A stretch of DNA of 64,000 nt. Origin: Octopus vulgaris. Its lineage: Eukaryota. Both the position numbers and the translations under genes were made by a program. The stretch lies in NCBI GenBank assembly GCA_951406725.2, contig OX597841.1:11718001-11782000 (forward strand), given 5' to 3'. The notes beneath the pieces were generated by a model. It was not told where the DNA came from. It did no database searches and worked only from the letters and a program-made list of their open reading frames with translations. Shown here piece after piece: positions 38,450 to 52,687 of this stretch. Positions within the stretch are counted from its first letter, which is position 1, and each line of letters begins with the position of its first letter.

Positions 38450-39252
38450 AAACATGCACGCATACACACATACATTCAGACGTACAGAAATACACACATA
38501 TATACACACGGACACATACACACATGTTCACATGTATATATGTATGCATGCATATAAACACACACACACATATGCACACACACACATGCATGTCCACACG
38601 TATATATGTATGCATGCATATAAGCACACACACACATACACACACACACGCATGTCCACACGTATATATGTATGAATGCATATAAAACACACACACACAC
38701 ACACATGCATGCATATCCACACGTTTTTATGTATGCATGCCTATAAACACACACATACACACATGCATGTCCACACGTATAAATGTATGCATGCATATAA
38801 ACACACACACATACACACACACATACACACACACATGCATGTCCACACGTATATATGTATGCATGCATATAAACACACATAAACACACACATACACACAT
38901 ATAAACACACACACATGCATGTCCACATGTATATATGTATGCATGCACATAAACACATACACATACACACACGCATATACACACACATATACACACACAT
39001 ACACACACACATACACACACATGCACACATGCATGTCCACATGTATATATGTATGCATGCACATAAACACACACATACACACACACATACACACACATAC
39101 ACACACACATACACACACACATACACACACATACACACACATACACACATACACACACACATGCATGTCCACACGTATATATGTATGCATGCATATAAAG
39201 ACACACACATACACACACGCATATACACACACATATACACACACACATACAC

Positions 39253-39283
<31 letters not shown>

Positions 39284-39500
39284 TACACACACATACACAC
39301 ACATACACACACACATGCATGTCCACACGTATATATGTATGCATGCATATAAACACACACACACATACACACACGCATATACACACACACATACACACAC
39401 ACATACACACACATACACACACATACACACACATACACACATACACACACACATACACACACACATGCATGTCCACACGTATATATGTATGCATGCATAT

Positions 39501-39536
<36 letters not shown>

Positions 39537-39635
39537 ACACACACACACACACACACACGTACACACACACATACACACACACACATGCATGTCCACACGT
39601 ATATATGTATGCATGCCTATAAACACACACACACA
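38450..39635. repeat. Compound minisatellite catgcatgtccacacgtatatatgtatgcatgcatataaa plus (CA)n
   Basis: About 12 recurrences of the core with variable CA/TA spacers. Confidence 0.9.
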
Positions 39636-39726
39636 CATTTTGTGTATCTGTAATTAACCTCCCATCCCCCTTCCCCTTCTCGGCCAATGTGTTCACGTTG
39701 CCAATAGCAACACACCATGAAGGAAG

Positions 39727-39773
<47 letters not shown>

Positions 39774-39775
39774 AG

Positions 39776-39825
<50 letters not shown>

Positions 39826-40338
39826 GCTGAAGGTAAACATCAATTAATGTCTATTGATTAATGACTGATGGTGGAGGTGGTGGTGATGGTGGTGGTGATG
39901 GAGGTGGGGGGTTACAGATTGTAGCAGCAATGGTGATGGTTCTAATGGTGGTGCTGGTGGTATTGGTGGCAGTGAAGGTGGTTGTGTTTGTAGCAGTGGC
40001 AGAGCTGGTGGTGGTGGTGGTGGTGGTGGTGGTGGTGGTGGTGGTGGTGGTGGTGGTGTACAGTGTAGTTAATATCACATGCATGTCTGTGTGTGTTTGC
40101 ATATATGCATGCATGTGTGTGTGTGTGTGTGTGTGTATGTGCGTTTGTATACATAAATATATATATATATATAGGAGTGGCTGTGTGGTAAGTAGCTTGC
40201 TAACCAACCACATGGCTCCAGGTTCAGTCCCACTGCATGGCATCTTGGGCAAGAGTCTTTTACTATAGCCCCAGGCCAACCAATGTCTTGTGAGTGGATT
40301 TGGTAGATGGAAATTGAAAGAAGCCTGTCGTATATATG

Positions 40339-40369
<31 letters not shown>

Positions 40370-41191
40370 GTATGTGATTGTATATATTTGTGTGTGTGTG
40401 TTTGTCCCCCTAGCATTGCTTGACAATGGAGGTGGGAAAGGGACAAATATAGACACAGACATACACACACACACACACGCATACCTATATCTATACACAC
40501 GATCGATCCAAGGCTATAGTAGAAGATACTTGCCCAAGGTGCCATATAGTGGGACTGGTGTGTTTACGTCCCCGTCACTTAGCGGTTTGGCAAAAGAGAC
40601 TGATAGAATAAGTACTAGGCGTACAAAGAATAAGTCCCGGGGGTCGAGTTGCTCGACTAAAAGGCGGTGCTCCAGCATGGCCTCAGTCAAATGACTGAAA
40701 CAAGTAAAAGAGTAAAGATTATATATACACACACACATATATATATAGGCTTTTATTCTCTTATTCTTTTATTTGTTTCAGTTATTTGACCGCGGTCATG
40801 CTGGAGCACCGCCTTTAGTCGAGCAAATGGACCCCAGGACTTATTCTTTGGAAGCCCAGTACATATTCTGTTGGTCTCTTTTGCTAAACCGCTATGTGAC
40901 AGGGACGTAAACACACCAGCATCGGTTATCAAGCGATGGAGGTGGCGAGGGGACAGACATAGACACACACACAAACACACATATCTATACACACGATCGA
41001 TCCAAGGCTATAGTAGAAGATACTTGCCCAAGGTGCCATGTAGTGGGACTGAACCTGGAAGCATGTGGTTGGTAAGCAAGCTACTTACCACACAGCCACT
41101 CCTTCTATATATTTATAAATACATATATATATATATATATATATATACATACATACTTATATATATATATATATATATATATATGAATATG

Positions 41192-41226
<35 letters not shown>

Positions 41227-41284
41227 AGTATTTGTTGTGATTTTTATGTGAAGTCGTGTATATATTGTTATATTTCGAATGGTC

Positions 41285-41325
<41 letters not shown>

Positions 41326-41443
41326 TCTGTGACCGCATCAGTGTACTTACAATATATATATATATGAAATAAGATTAAGATTATGTAAAATAATATATGA
41401 AAATACACCAAATATATATATGTTTTATATATATATGAAATAT

Positions 41444-41496
<53 letters not shown>

Positions 41497-41562
41497 GCAT
41501 ATATATATATATATATGTATGTATATATGTTATATATATATATATATACATATATATGTATA

Positions 41563-41650
<88 letters not shown>

Positions 41651-41663
41651 TATATATATATGC

Positions 41664-41729
<66 letters not shown>

Positions 41730-41780
41730 GTGTGTGAATGTTTGTGGACGGTCTTTTCCCCCCATATTGTGTTGCTGCAG

Positions 41781-41857
41781 CTGTCTTTTCCGCTCCATTG
41801 AACCATGCAGCTTTGTTCCGCTGTGTCCATCAGATCCAATGTTCATGTGATGCCCAG
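41781..41857 (+). CDS. Candidate exon of coiled-coil gene
   Basis: ctgcag|[26 protein letters not shown]|gtagac; phase 1 to 0; weak donor. Confidence 0.4.
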
Positions 41858-42540
41858 GTAGACATGTCCTACACTCACAAGATAAGGCAAGCAAGGCTCA
41901 CCGGTCATCCACTCACATACGTCACCATCCGTACTCACTGGCTTCATGAGATAGGCTGACCATGCGCATGCCTGACCCTTTCACCCTTTAAACTTACCCC
42001 ACATGTAATCAGTCATGGTCAGATGGTCAGAGCCCCCATCAACATGAATGTGTTCATGTGCATATAGGCGCAGGAGTGGCTGTGTTTTAAGTAGCTTGCT
42101 TACCAACCACATGGTTCTGGGTTCAGTCCCACTGTGTGGCACCTTGGGCAAGTGTCTTCTACTATAACCTTGGGCCGACCAATACCTTGTGAGTGGATTT
42201 GGTAGACGGAAACTGAAAGAAGCCTGTCGTATATATATATATATATATATATGCGTGTGTGTGTTTGTGTGTCTGTGTTTGTCCCCCTAGCATTGCTTGA
42301 CAACCGATGCTGGTGTGTTTATGTCCCCCGTCACTTAGCGGTTCGGCAAAAGAGACCGATAGAATAAGTACTGGGCTTACAAAAAAAGAATAAGTCCTGA
42401 GAAGTTGGAAAAAACAGCATTTCCTGATGTAGGCTCTTGGCAATGGTGCTAAACTGTGGGTCCATCTATGTGCACAGGGATTATGTGATGCAACGACCTT
42501 CGTCTTATCTAATAACTTTTGCTCTAATGTTCCATTGCAG

Positions 42541-42633
42541 GAATCTAAAACGGGCCACAAAGACAGCTCACAGAAGGGGACAGGTGCAAAGAAAACAAAA
42601 TTAACAACAACAAAACAGAAATCAAAAGGAGAG
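42541..42633 (+). CDS. Coiled-coil gene exon (Lys-rich)
   Basis: cattgcag|ESKTGHKDSSQKGTGAKKTKLTTTKQKSKGE|gtgagt; phase 0/0. Confidence 0.8.
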
Positions 42634-42800
42634 GTGAGTGATTGTTGTTGTTGTGTGTGTGTTTGTATGTGTGTGTGTGTGTGTGTGTATATATTAGTTA
42701 ATGGAGTTTCTCCTATAAGAACAATCATGATTTTATTTCTTTGAGAAATATTGTTTAATTCTATTTTATTATTTATTTAACTATTATTGTTATTATTGTT

Positions 42801-42900
42801 GACCTGATGAGTGACTATACTTTTAAATTGAATTGTTTTGCAATTAAATTTAAATTTAATTGCAATTCGAATTTAAATTATAGCCATGAAACATGTAGTT
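42801..42900 (+). ncRNA. Hammerhead with long AT-rich stem II, in element ~42690-43040
   Basis: GAC-CUGAUGA-GUGaCUAUA...UAUAGcCAU-GAAA-CAUG-UA-GUU. Confidence 0.75.
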
Positions 42901-44618
42901 TTTTTACTTATATATTGTTTATTCATTTTTGTACTTTTTGTGTTCTAGTTATATGTTTTAAAATATATTTTATTTTTTATTTATGATTCGGTTTATGTCT
43001 ATCATTGTTTGAATTGAATAATAGTGGTTTTTCTCTAATTCATATATATATATATCATCATCATCATCATCATCATCATCATATATATATATACATACAC
43101 ACACATATACACATGTGTATATGTGTATTTTCTTAGTCGCATTTTCCCAAAACGTTGCTGATTTCAGACAATGATGCCACAGCAGTTGTTGATTTTAGAC
43201 AATTTTTACTTTACCTTCAAAATATTTCCAACCAAAAAGGTACAAAAAGTTAAGAATAGTTTAGTTAAATTTTTCCGTAGAATGGAGTAGGAGTGGCTGT
43301 GTGATAAGTAGCTTGCTTACGAACTACATGGTTCCAGGTTCAGTCCCACTGCATGGCACCTTGGGCAAGTGTCTTCTACTATAGCCTCGGGCCGACCAAA
43401 GCCTTGTGAGTGGATTTGGTAGACAGAAACTGAAAGAAGCCCGTCATATATATGTATATATCTATATTTCTTTACTGCCCACAAGGGGCTAAACACAGAG
43501 GGGACAAACAAGGACAAATGGATTAAGTCGATTACATCGACCCCAGTGCATAACTGGTGCTTAATTTATCGACCCCGAAAGGATGAAAGGTAAAGTCGAC
43601 CTTGGCGGAATTTGAACCCAGAACATAAGGACAGATGAAATACTGCTAAGCATTTTGCCCGGCCCACTAACGTTTCTTTGCCAGCGCCGTCCGACTGGCC
43701 TCCGTGCCGGTGGCATGTAAAAAGCACCATCCGATTGTGGCTGTTTGCCAGCCTCGCCTGGCCCCCATGCCGGTGGCACATAAAAACCACCATCCAATTG
43801 TGGCCGTTTGCTAGCCTCGTCTGGCACCTGTGCCAGTGGCATGCAAAAAGCACCCACTAATTTTATATTTTATATCTTTTTTAAATTTTATATTTTTGTA
43901 TATTCATCATCATGAACTGCTTAATAGAATCGGATACGATTGAGACACATACTTAAGAAATGATCCTTAAAAGCATGGTCTTATATTAATTATATTTATT
44001 TTTATGTTTTGGTTTATGTTTTTCACTTTATGATTTGCCTAATAATGGTTTTATCTCTAATTTAATTTATATATATATATATAGGCGCAGGAGTGGCTGT
44101 GTGGTAAGTAGCTTGCTAAACAGCCTCATGGTTCCGGGTTCAGTCCCACTGCGTGGCATCTTGGGCAAGTGTCTTCTGCTATAGCCCCGGGCCGACCAAT
44201 GCCTTGTGAGTGGATTTGGTAGACGGAAACTGAAAGAAGCCTGTCGTATATATAAATATATATATATGTATGTGTGTGTTTGTATGTCTGTCTCTGTTTG
44301 TCCCCGTCACTTAGCGGTTCGGCAAAAAGAGACCGATAGAATAAGTACTGGGCTTACAAAGAATAAGTCCCGGGGTCGATTTGCTCGACTAAAGGCGGTG
44401 CTCCAGCATGGCCACAGTCAAATGACTGAAACAAGTAAAAGAGTAAAAGAGTAAATATGCGTGTGTGTTTGTGTGTGTGTGCGCGTACAATGGACTTCTT
44501 TCTTGCCAAAGGAGCCAGACAATGGGATTGAACCCAAAGCCTTATTGTTGGGAAGCAAGCTTCCTACCCTACAGCCATACCTCTGCCTCTGTACATTTTG
44601 ACTTTCATCTATTTCCAG

Positions 44619-44652
44619 TTAAAATCTTCAGGAAAAACTTCAAAAACAAAAG
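44619..44652 (+). CDS. Coiled-coil gene micro-exon
   Basis: atttccag|LKSSGKTSKTK g|gtaaat; supplies the phase 0 to 1 link required between flanking exons. Confidence 0.7.
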
Positions 44653-44756
44653 GTAAATGATGTCGTTGTTATTATTGTTCTTATTATTTCTAGCTGGACC
44701 CGCAAAAAAATTCACAGATAATTCAAATATCGTTAAATGAATCGTTATTATTTAAC

Positions 44757-45143
44757 CGTGACGTATATTTGCCATTTAAATATGGCTAACCCCTTGTTTA
44801 CACTTTTTCGATATCAGTGTCTATTGATACTGGAAAAAGGTTTAAGTATTTGTGAAGGGAGCCTACTTCTCATCGATAACTGTGATTGTCACACGCCGAT
44901 GACGGGTCAATACCCAGAAACTCAAGTCCGTGTGTATCATAAGTTGAAGACAGGAAGGATGGCTTCCCTTTGCAAATACTGATAGGGCACAGAAAGTGTG
45001 TCTACAGCCAGCTGGAGGAGGTGTCCTCCTGGGGCTACAAACTACAGTAGCATCCACCCTTAGGGGTTAGCCATATTTAAATGGCAAATATACGTCACGA
45101 TGTGTTGTAGCTACTGTTTATAACTCACACTGAGATTTATTAT
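44757..45143 (+). mobile_element. Short element with 38-bp inverted duplication and U4C hammerhead at 44890-44934
   Basis: Inverted repeat 44757-44794/45062-45099; CACACG-CCGAUGA-cGGGU caau ACCCa-GAAA-CUCAAG-UC-CGUGUG. Confidence 0.75.
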
Positions 45144-46000
45144 TTAACCAAAATTGTTTAATTTGTGCTACTTTGGTCAATACAAAATTATATTATTATT
45201 TATGTTATATTTATTAATGTAGAGGTGCAATAGCCCAGTGGGTAGGGCAGTGGACTCGCGGTCATAGAATCACGGTTTTGATTCCCAGACCGGGCATTAC
45301 TCTTTTCAGTCATTTGACTGTGGCCATGCTGGAGCACCGCCTTTGGTCAAGCAAATCGACCCCAGGACTTATTCTTTGTAAGCCTAGTACTTATTCTATC
45401 AGTCTCTTTTGCGAAACCGCTAAGTTATGGGGATGTAAACACACCACCATCGGTTATCAATCGATGTTGGAGAGGAAAAACACGGACACACAAACATATA
45501 CACATATATATATATATATATATATATACGACGGGCTTCTTTCAGTTTCCGTCTACCAAATCCCCTCACAAGGCTTTGGTTGGCCCGAAGCTATAGTAGA
45601 AGACACTTGCCCATGGTGACATGCAGTGGGACTGAAACCAGAACCATGTGGTTCGTAAGCAAGCTACTTTCCCCACAGCCACTCCTACACCTATAAACAC
45701 TCACATTGCATTGTGAGTGTTTATTGAGCGCAAACACCTAAAGATCCGCAAGGCTCTGGCAGGGGATGAGGGTGGCGAACCCTGTTGTACTTTTACACCA
45801 CAACTTTCTCTCACTCTTTCTTCCTGTTTCGGTTGTACCCGTATTTCAAAGGGGCCAGCCTTGTCCCACTGAATCTCCCCAAGAACTGTGTTAAGGGTAC
45901 ACATGTCTGTGGTGCATTCAGCCACTTTTGTCCTGTGTTTTGTCCCTTTATGTTATAATTGATTTTTGTCAGCCCTTGTGGCCAATAAAAGAATGAATTA

Positions 46001-46060
<60 letters not shown>

Positions 46061-46093
46061 ATAATTATTATTATTTCCATGTGTACCCAACAG

Positions 46094-46347
46094 ATAAGGA
46101 CCACACAACCACTCCTTCAGCACAGCAGACCAGCAGAGGGGGTGGTGCCAGCAAAGAGAAGAGTGAGGGCAGTGGCAAAGCAAGCAAGAGCCAATCAAAA
46201 CAGAGCAAGGTCGTCAAGGCAACAGCAGCAGCCACAGCAGCAGCATCATCATCAGCAGCAGCTGTGTCAGTTGTCACGGAGATGGTCTTCGACCAATCAG
46301 TGTTGGAGAGCCTGGACACATTTGACCTTTCGGATAATGAGTCTTGG
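46094..46347 (+). CDS. Coiled-coil gene exon
   Basis: caacag|DKDHTTTPSAQQ...VFDQSVLESLDTFDLSDNESW|gtgagt; phase 1 to 0. Confidence 0.8.
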
Positions 46348-46456
46348 GTGAGTTTGGACAGGACGAACGATTGGAGGGGGGTGTGGGTGTGTTTGTGGAT
46401 AGGTGTGTATATACATCTGTGTGTACAGATATGTGTGTGTGTGTGTGTCTGTAGAT

Positions 46457-46657
46457 CAGTGGTTTTCAACCAGGGTTCCGTCAGTACAGTCCAGGGGTTC
46501 CGCAAGAAGTTACAAAACTGCTAAAATCGGCAGTAATTTTTAAGTCTCCTGTGCAGATATGTGTGCATAAGACTATTAAATTATTGCACAGGGGTTTCTC
46601 GAGCCAGTGGAATGTTTCCTTGGGGTTCCGCTCCAGCAAAAAGTTTGAAAAGCACTG
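46457..46657. mobile_element. hAT (Charlie-like) MITE; second copy 49316-49534
   Basis: TIR cagtggttttcaa / ttgaaaagcactg; 8-bp TSDs ctgtagat and ctctacac. Confidence 0.9.
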
Positions 46658-46679
46658 CTGTAGATAATAATAATAATAA

Positions 46680-47710
46680 TGAAATTATTGTATACAGTGC
46701 TCAGGTGCACCACAACTTTTCAAAAGTGTGTATAGAGCATATACAGTAATGTACAAATGTCTGGAAAGCGAACAATGTATGAGTCAGATACATGCTTGTG
46801 TGTGTATGGAGGGGAGAAAATCAGGTGTAGTGTTGGCGAATCTCAGAAAGCATGGAAGTTTTGAAGGATGCAGTGCTCCAACAACTAACAACTGATGCTG
46901 GCAGTTTGTTCCATGCTTCAGCAACTTTTAGCGTGAAAAAGTGTTTCCGAAAGTCATGGGAGCTGTGCTGTTTTCTGATTTTGTAAATATGTCCACGGGT
47001 GTTAGATGGGTGGAGTTTGAAAAGGTGCTCAGTGTTATTGTTAGTAAGATGGTTAATAATTTTATGGGTGTCTGCATATGCAGTAATGTACAAATGTCTG
47101 GGAAGTGAACAATGTATGAGTCAGATACATGCTTGCGTGTGTATGGAGGGGAGAAAATCAGGTGTAGTGTTGGCGAATCTCAGAAAGCATGGAAGTTTTG
47201 AAGGATGCAGTGCTCCGACAACTAACAACTGATGTCGGCAGTTTGTTCCATGCTTCAGCAACTCTTGGCATGAAAAAAAATGTTTCCTAATGTCATGGGA
47301 GCTGAGCTGTTTTCTGACTTTGTAAATATGTCCATGGGTGTTAGATGGGTGGAGTTTAAAAAGGTACTCAGAGTTATTGTTAGTAAGATGGTTGATAATT
47401 TTATGGATGTCTGCCAAGTCAGCTGCCAGACGTCGGAGTTTCAATGTGTCCATGCCCAGGGAAGTAAGGCGTTCAGGATATGGCAAATGCCTGATGGAGG
47501 GTATTCTTTTGGTTGCACGTCACTGAACGGCTTCCAGACGATTGATATCCTGGGCAAGATAGGGGTTCCAGACCGGTGATGCAAATTCCAGGTGAGGTCT
47601 TACCATAGCTATATAAAGCCGCAGATAGATAGTCGGAGAGCGGCTCAGAAAGGACTTGGTGAGTGATGCCAAGACATTCTCAGCTTTCTTGGCAATCTTA
47701 GCTATGCGGA
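46680..47710 (-). mobile_element. CR1-group LINE 3' end with ~340-bp tandem duplication
   Basis: LYIAMVRPHLEFASPVWNPYL..DINRLEAVQ*RAT...YPERL..L...RR...TRGH...FF...V..WNKLP. Confidence 0.9.
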
Positions 47711-47921
47711 TGGGTGTGTGTATAGTGTGCATGTGTGTGTGTGTCTGTGTAGTTGTGTGTATAGGCGGTGTTACATAAAGCGCCATCATCATCGTCATCA
47801 TCATCAGCATCATCACAATGCACACACCCTCACATACCACCACCACCACCACCACCACCAACACCAGCACTAATGTCTCTATATGTCTCTCTCTCTCTCT
47901 CTTTCTCTTTCACCAACCCAG

Positions 47922-47975
47922 GGACGTCTCCCTGTTGATCAGATGCCACAGAGATTCTCACAGTACCGTTGGCTG
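47922..47975 (+). CDS. Coiled-coil gene exon
   Basis: aacccag|GRLPVDQMPQRFSQYRWL|gtaagt; phase 0/0. Confidence 0.85.
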
Positions 47976-49060
47976 GTAAGTACGGTTGGACATTTCTTCT
48001 CCTGTAACACTCTCTGCCCCTCCCTCGCTAGCAGAATGGAATATCTTTTCTTCTGTCACACACACACACACACACATACACATTCCTATATTCGTTTACT
48101 TGTTTCAATCAGTTGAACTATGGTCATGCTGGAGCACTGCCTTTTAGTCAAAGAAATCGACACCAGGATAAATATGCGTGTGTATGTTTGTGTGTCTGTG
48201 TTTGTCTCCCTAGCATTGCTTGACAACCGATGCTGGTGTGTTTACGTCCCCGTCACTTAGCGGTTCGGCAAAAGAGACCAATAGAATAAGTACCGGGCTT
48301 ACAAAAAGAATAAGTCCCGGGGTCGAGTTGTTCAATTAAAGGCGGTGCTCTAGCATGGCCACAGTCAAATGACTGAAACAAGTAAAAGAGTAAAAGAGTA
48401 AGCCACTTATTCTCTTGGTCTTTTTTGCCGAACCGCTAGGTTACAGAGGACATTAATGCACCAACATTTGTTGTCAAGTGATGGGGGCAGGGATAAACAC
48501 ACACAAATACTTACATATACATAATTATATATATATATATAGGCACAGGAGTGGCTGTGTGGTAAATAGCTTGCTTACCAACCACATGGTTGCGGGTTCA
48601 GTCCCACCGCGTGGCACCTTGGGCAAGTGTCTTCTACTATAGCCATGGGCCGACCAAAGCCTTGTGAGTGGATTTGGTAGATGGAAAATGAAAGATCTGG
48701 GCGTTGGTTGGCCCGAGGCTATAGCAGAAGACACTTGCCCAAGGTGCCACGCAGTGGGACTGAACCCGGAACCATGTGGTTGGTAAACAAGCTACATACC
48801 ACACAGCCACTCCTGGTGACTTTGTTGAAGGATGTAGTGTGGTGGACAAGATTGACAGGACTGAAGGCTGATAGTTTCCTCTTCAGCCAATCCCTCATCA
48901 ACTTTTTCAAGATCTTCTAGAAAAAGTAAGGTTAAGGGTAGAGAGGGATTGAACCCGGAACCATGTGGTTGGTAAACAAGCTACTTACCACACAGCCACT
49001 CCTGCTCTGTGATTTACTTTGCAGTGTTCTAGCCTTACCCACGATCCTTTATACATTATA

Positions 49061-49290
49061 TTTCTTTACTGCCCACAAGGGGCTAAACATAGAGGGGACA
49101 AACAAGGACAGACAAAGGGAGTAAGTCGATTACATCGACCCCAGTGCGTAACTGGTACTTAATTTATCGACACCGAAAGGAGGAAAGGTAAAGTCGACCT
49201 CAGCGGAATTTGAACCCAGAACATAACAGCAGATGAAATACCGCTAAGCATTTTGCCCAGCCCACTAACGTTTCTGCCAGCTCGCCGCCT
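49061..49290 (-). mobile_element. SINE with Meta-type core (gcctttcatcctttcggggtcgataaa); copies at ~12740-12971(-), ~28643-28875, ~55820-56050, ~63398-63630
   Basis: 17-bp TSD atcctttatacattata (49044-49060/49291-49307); B-box-like gttcaaattcc. Confidence 0.85.
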
Positions 49291-50048
49291 ATCCTTTATA
49301 CATTATACTCTACACCAGTGGTTTTCAACCAGGGTTCCGCAGAACCTTAAGGTTCTGCCGGTACAGTCAAGGGGTTCCGCAAAAAGTTACAAAACTGCTA
49401 AAATCGGCAGTAATTTTTAATTCTCCTGTGCAGATATGTGTGCATAAGACTATTAAATTATTGCACAAGGGTTCCTCGAGCCAGTGGAATGTTTCCTTGG
49501 GGTTCCGCTCCAGCTAAAAGTTTGAAAAGCACTGCTCTACACAATGCTTCATAGTAATTATTCCATTAGCAGGAGTGGCTGTGTGGTAAGTAGCTTGCTA
49601 ACCAACCACATGGTTCCGGGTTCAGTCCCACTGTGTGGCACCTTGGGCAAGTGTCTTCTGCTATAGCCCCGGGCCGACCAATGCCTTGTGAGTGGATTTG
49701 GTAGACGGAAACTGAAAGAAGCCCGTCGTATATATGTATATATATATATGTGTGTGTGTGTATTTGTGTGTTTGTGTGTCTGTGTTTGTCCCCCTAGCAT
49801 TGCTTGACAACCGATGCTGGTGTGTTTATGTCCCCGTCACTTAGCAGTTCGGCAAAAGAAACTGATAGAATAAGTACTGGGCTTACAAAGAATAAGTCCC
49901 GGGGTCGATTTGCTCGACTAAAGGCGGTGCTCCAGCATGGCCGCAGTCAAATGACTGAAACAAGTAAAAGAGTAGAGTTATATATACCCCTCCCCCCTCC
50001 ACACACACATATGTATACATCAGCAATTCTTTTTTTTTTTGCTTGAAG

Positions 50049-50165
50049 ACAATGAAAAAGCTGAAGGAACTCGATGAGCACTTAAAGTTGACGACCCTTC
50101 GGACGCAGCGTAAAGTAGAATCCTTGAAATCGCAGTTCCAGGAGCACAGGTTCAAATGGGATGAG
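50049..50165 (+). CDS. Coiled-coil gene exon
   Basis: gcttgaag|TMKKLKELDEHLKLTTLRTQRKVESLKSQFQEHRFKWDE|gtgagt. Confidence 0.85.
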
Positions 50166-50783
50166 GTGAGTTGGACTATGGCCATGCTGGAGCACCGGGA
50201 GGAATTCAATTTTATCGATCCGTTACACGATTGAGGAAGACTTTGTTAATCTCAAAATGAAGAAACTGCTGTGTTTGTGTGTGTGTGTGTGTGTACATAT
50301 CATCATCATCATCATCATCATCGTTTAGCGTCCGCTTTCCATGCTAGCATGGGTTGGACTGTTCGACCGGGGGTCTGGGAAGCCAGAAGGCTGCACCAGG
50401 CTCCAGTCTGATCTGGCAGTGTTTCTACGGCTGGATGCCCTTCCTCACGCCAACCACTCCGAGAGTGTAGTGGGTGCTTTTTACGTGCCACCGGCACAGG
50501 TGCCAGGTGTGGCTGGCAATGGCCATGATTGGATGGTGCTTTTTATGTGCCACCGGCACGAGGCCAGTCGGGGCGGCACTGGCAACGGCCACGTTCGGAT
50601 GGTTCTCTTAAATATATTTAAATAATGAGGGAGGTAAATTGAATATTAATTTAATTAATTTACTTAATCTTTACTTTTTAATTGTTATTTTAATTTTCAT
50701 TTTAACTTTTCTATTATATGTAATTTTCTAGATGGTGTAATTTAATTATTCATTTTGAATTGATAAAAGGTGTTTTTTTCCTA

Positions 50784-50817
<34 letters not shown>

Positions 50818-50932
50818 AGTACAAAGTGAGATAGCGATTATATACACTTATATATATATATATATTCTTGTGTATATGTATTTTGTTTCATATTTATATT
50901 TGAATTTTATATTTTTATAATTGTACTTTATA

Positions 50933-51058
50933 ATCTCTGATGAGGCCTTTAGATATATATATAAGTAACTCATTTTTAAGTGCATATTACCTCAATACAT
51001 ATGACTAATATAGGCACAATGAGATACCTTTATCTACAGGCTGAAACAGCTGTAAGAT
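50933..51058 (+). ncRNA. Hammerhead with ~100-nt stem II region, in (TA)n-flanked element ~50820-51230
   Basis: AUCU-CUGAUGA-GGCCUuUAGAUA...UAUCUAcAGGCU-GAAA-CAGCUG-UA-AGAU. Confidence 0.8.
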
Positions 51059-51477
51059 CCTTTTTATATGTATTATTTTTATGATATTATCTTACTTATT
51101 GACGTATATTGTTTTATTCTATTGGATCTGGATGTTCCTATTTAAGTAGCTAATAAATTATATGAATTGGTATTTTCTGTAAGTTGATGACTGAAAGGAA
51201 TCTGTTCCTCCATTTTCTTATTTGTATTATATATATATATATCACATGATCACGTGACCGACCAGGCTATCAGATGTTGCTACACATCACTGGTCACAAT
51301 GCGTTCGCATTGTTTTAGCCTTCGAACGACACCACCCCGCTGGCTAAGCGAGCAGGCAAACAGAAGAAAGAGTGAGCCACGTGGAGCTTTTAGGTGTTTT
51401 CGCTCAATAAACACACAATCGAAACTGCGATCATCCGACCGCGAGTTCGCTGCCCTAACCACTGGGCCATTGTGCCT

Positions 51478-51527
<50 letters not shown>

Positions 51528-51700
51528 TTAGAGATTAAACCACTATTAGGCAAATCAAACAGTGAAAATCATTAACCAATACATAGAAATAAAATAATTA
51601 ATAAAAAATATATAATATATAAAATTCAAAATTTAAATTATTTAAATTTAAAGTTAAAATTCAAAAAATTATTTAAATTTAATTTATACTTTTATACTTA

Positions 51701-51771
<71 letters not shown>

Positions 51772-51817
51772 CTATCAAAAAGTATTAAAAGTTTAATATA
51801 AGGTAAAGAGTAAAACC

Positions 51818-51911
51818 ACTACGATCGTTTCATGCCCATAAACCAATTTGCATAACAATAATTTAAATTCAATTAATAATTCGAATCATGGTTATAGTCA
51901 ATCTTCAGGTT
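51818..51911 (-). ncRNA. Hammerhead with long stem II (family of 42801), in element ~51525-52020
   Basis: AC-CUGAAGA-uUGaCUAUAACCA...UGGUUUAUGGgCAu-GAAA-CGAUCG-UA-GU; stem I weak. Confidence 0.65.
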
Positions 51912-52103
51912 AATTATAATATTTAAATGAATAATCAGAAATATTTAAACAATATTTTTTAAGAAATAAATAAAATGATAATTTTCTTATAAAAAACAAT
52001 AATGATTATGTCCAACCTCATTTTGATTATATATATAATGTGAGAGGGAGAGAGAGAGAGTATCGATAGATATACCTTCTCAAGTACATATTTTATTTTA
52101 TAG

Positions 52104-52223
52104 GAACGAGAACTGTTACACGAACAGGTGAAACAACTGCGCCACCTGCAGGTGACAGCTGAAAAAGAGGCTGACAACGTGATGTCACAGTTGGAGGACT
52201 TCATCAGTGAACAGGAGAAGATG
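52104..52223 (+). CDS. Coiled-coil gene exon
   Basis: ttttatag|ERELLHEQVKQLRHLQVTAEKEADNVMSQLEDFISEQEKM|gtaagc. Confidence 0.88.
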
Positions 52224-52647
52224 GTAAGCGGAGAGGAGTGGCTAGAGGAGGGAGGGGCCGAAGAGGGAGGTGACCAAGACGGAGTGGTGGTGCCAGGAGA
52301 CGGACACAGTGGCGACGGTGGTGGTGGTGGCGGTGGTGGTGGCGGTGGTGGTGGTGGTGGCGGTGACGGGGCGGATGTAGAAAAGGCGATGGTGCAAAGT
52401 ATGGGCGAAGGTGGTGGCGGCAGTGGCAGTGGTCAGTTGGGAGTGACCGACCAGGAGAAGCAACGTTAATGAGAGAGGATGTGTATGTTTTATTTTAAGC
52501 ATGGATGTGTGAGTGTGCATGTGTGTGTGAGTGTATGTGTGTGTGTGAGTGTAAGAGTGCACACGCGCGCGTGTGTGTGTGTATGCTTGGTAGAACAGCA
52601 CACTATCTAATAATACATATCTATATATTTATACATATATATATATA

Positions 52648-52684
<37 letters not shown>

Positions 52685-52687
52685 GTA

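Noticed and set aside
52224-52469. Gly-rich read-through extension of exon 52104-52223
   Set aside because: A strong gtaagc donor and a matching downstream phase-0 exon explain the locus; the extension is a (GGT)n tract.
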